Source: Octopus sinensis (taxonomy: Eukaryota). From it: 64,000 nt of DNA. Within the stretch, counting starts at the first letter, position 1. Each line of letters begins with the position of its first letter. Below are positions 63,617-64,000 of this stretch, piece by piece. A program made the translations under genes and the position numbers. Location: NCBI RefSeq assembly GCF_006345805.1, contig NC_043011.1, positions 24,936,464 through 25,000,463 of the forward strand, written 5' to 3'. Below the pieces are notes generated by a model, which was not told the origin of the DNA, ran no database searches, and saw nothing but the letters and a program-made list of their open reading frames with translations.

Positions 63617-64000
63617 TTAGGTTATCCCATAAATAATGTGGTTTTTTCAATTGCATGAACGAAAAGTCGGAAGAGGACAGAATAAACTACCTGCATCAAC
63701 TTGCTATAAAAGCTGGAAGTATTTTTACCTTGTTCTTATTCTGAGTGCAAGTTTTGAAGAGAGCAGTTTGATTTTAACAGTTATCTTTTCAAAGCTATAA
63801 TTGAAGTGACAAAGGAGCATATTCAGCATATTTTGCTTTATGAGTTCAATAAAGGCAACAACGCAATGGTAAGTGTGTGAGGGATATTAATGAAGTATAT
63901 GGGGATCGGACAATAAGAGTAAGCCAGTGTCAATGGTGGTTCTAGAAATTCCAAGCTGGAAACTACAGCCTAGAAACTGAGCCTTATCCTGGAAGATCTG
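63617..64000 (+). mobile_element. Second mariner element, 5' part (truncated by window end), decayed
   Basis: TIR-like ttaggttatcccataaataatg; EVTKEHIQHILLYEFNKGNNA..INEVYGDRT..QWWF*KFQAGNYSLE (mariner N-terminal HTH region). Confidence 0.82.

Overview
Eukaryotic, AT-rich, microsatellite- and repeat-dense genomic DNA. The SINE, RTE and MITE landscape looks like an octopus genome (inference). The whole window lies inside one minus-strand gene, which I identify as SZT2 (KICSTOR scaffold). I traced by hand 31 GT-AG coding exons from 58875 down to 2746 (about 5.66 kb, about 1,890 codons). They splice in one continuous frame if a GTTTGT donor is used at 36435/36436. Many are absent from the ORF track, and the gene runs off both ends of the window. 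Protein-similarity statements come from my recollection of vertebrate SZT2 motifs and need BLAST confirmation. The introns hold a full-length decayed Tc1-like element, a full-length decayed mariner plus a second partial one, RTE-LINE 3' fragments, a Penelope GIY-YIG remnant, several tRNA-derived SINE families and several MITE families. The most unusual feature is a ~750-bp intronic palindrome (1737-2490). Each arm carries a differently decayed minimal type-I hammerhead ribozyme, and the two arms together reconstruct an intact Penelope-type ribozyme. Most short ORFs in the supplied track are spurious reads through microsatellites and repeats.
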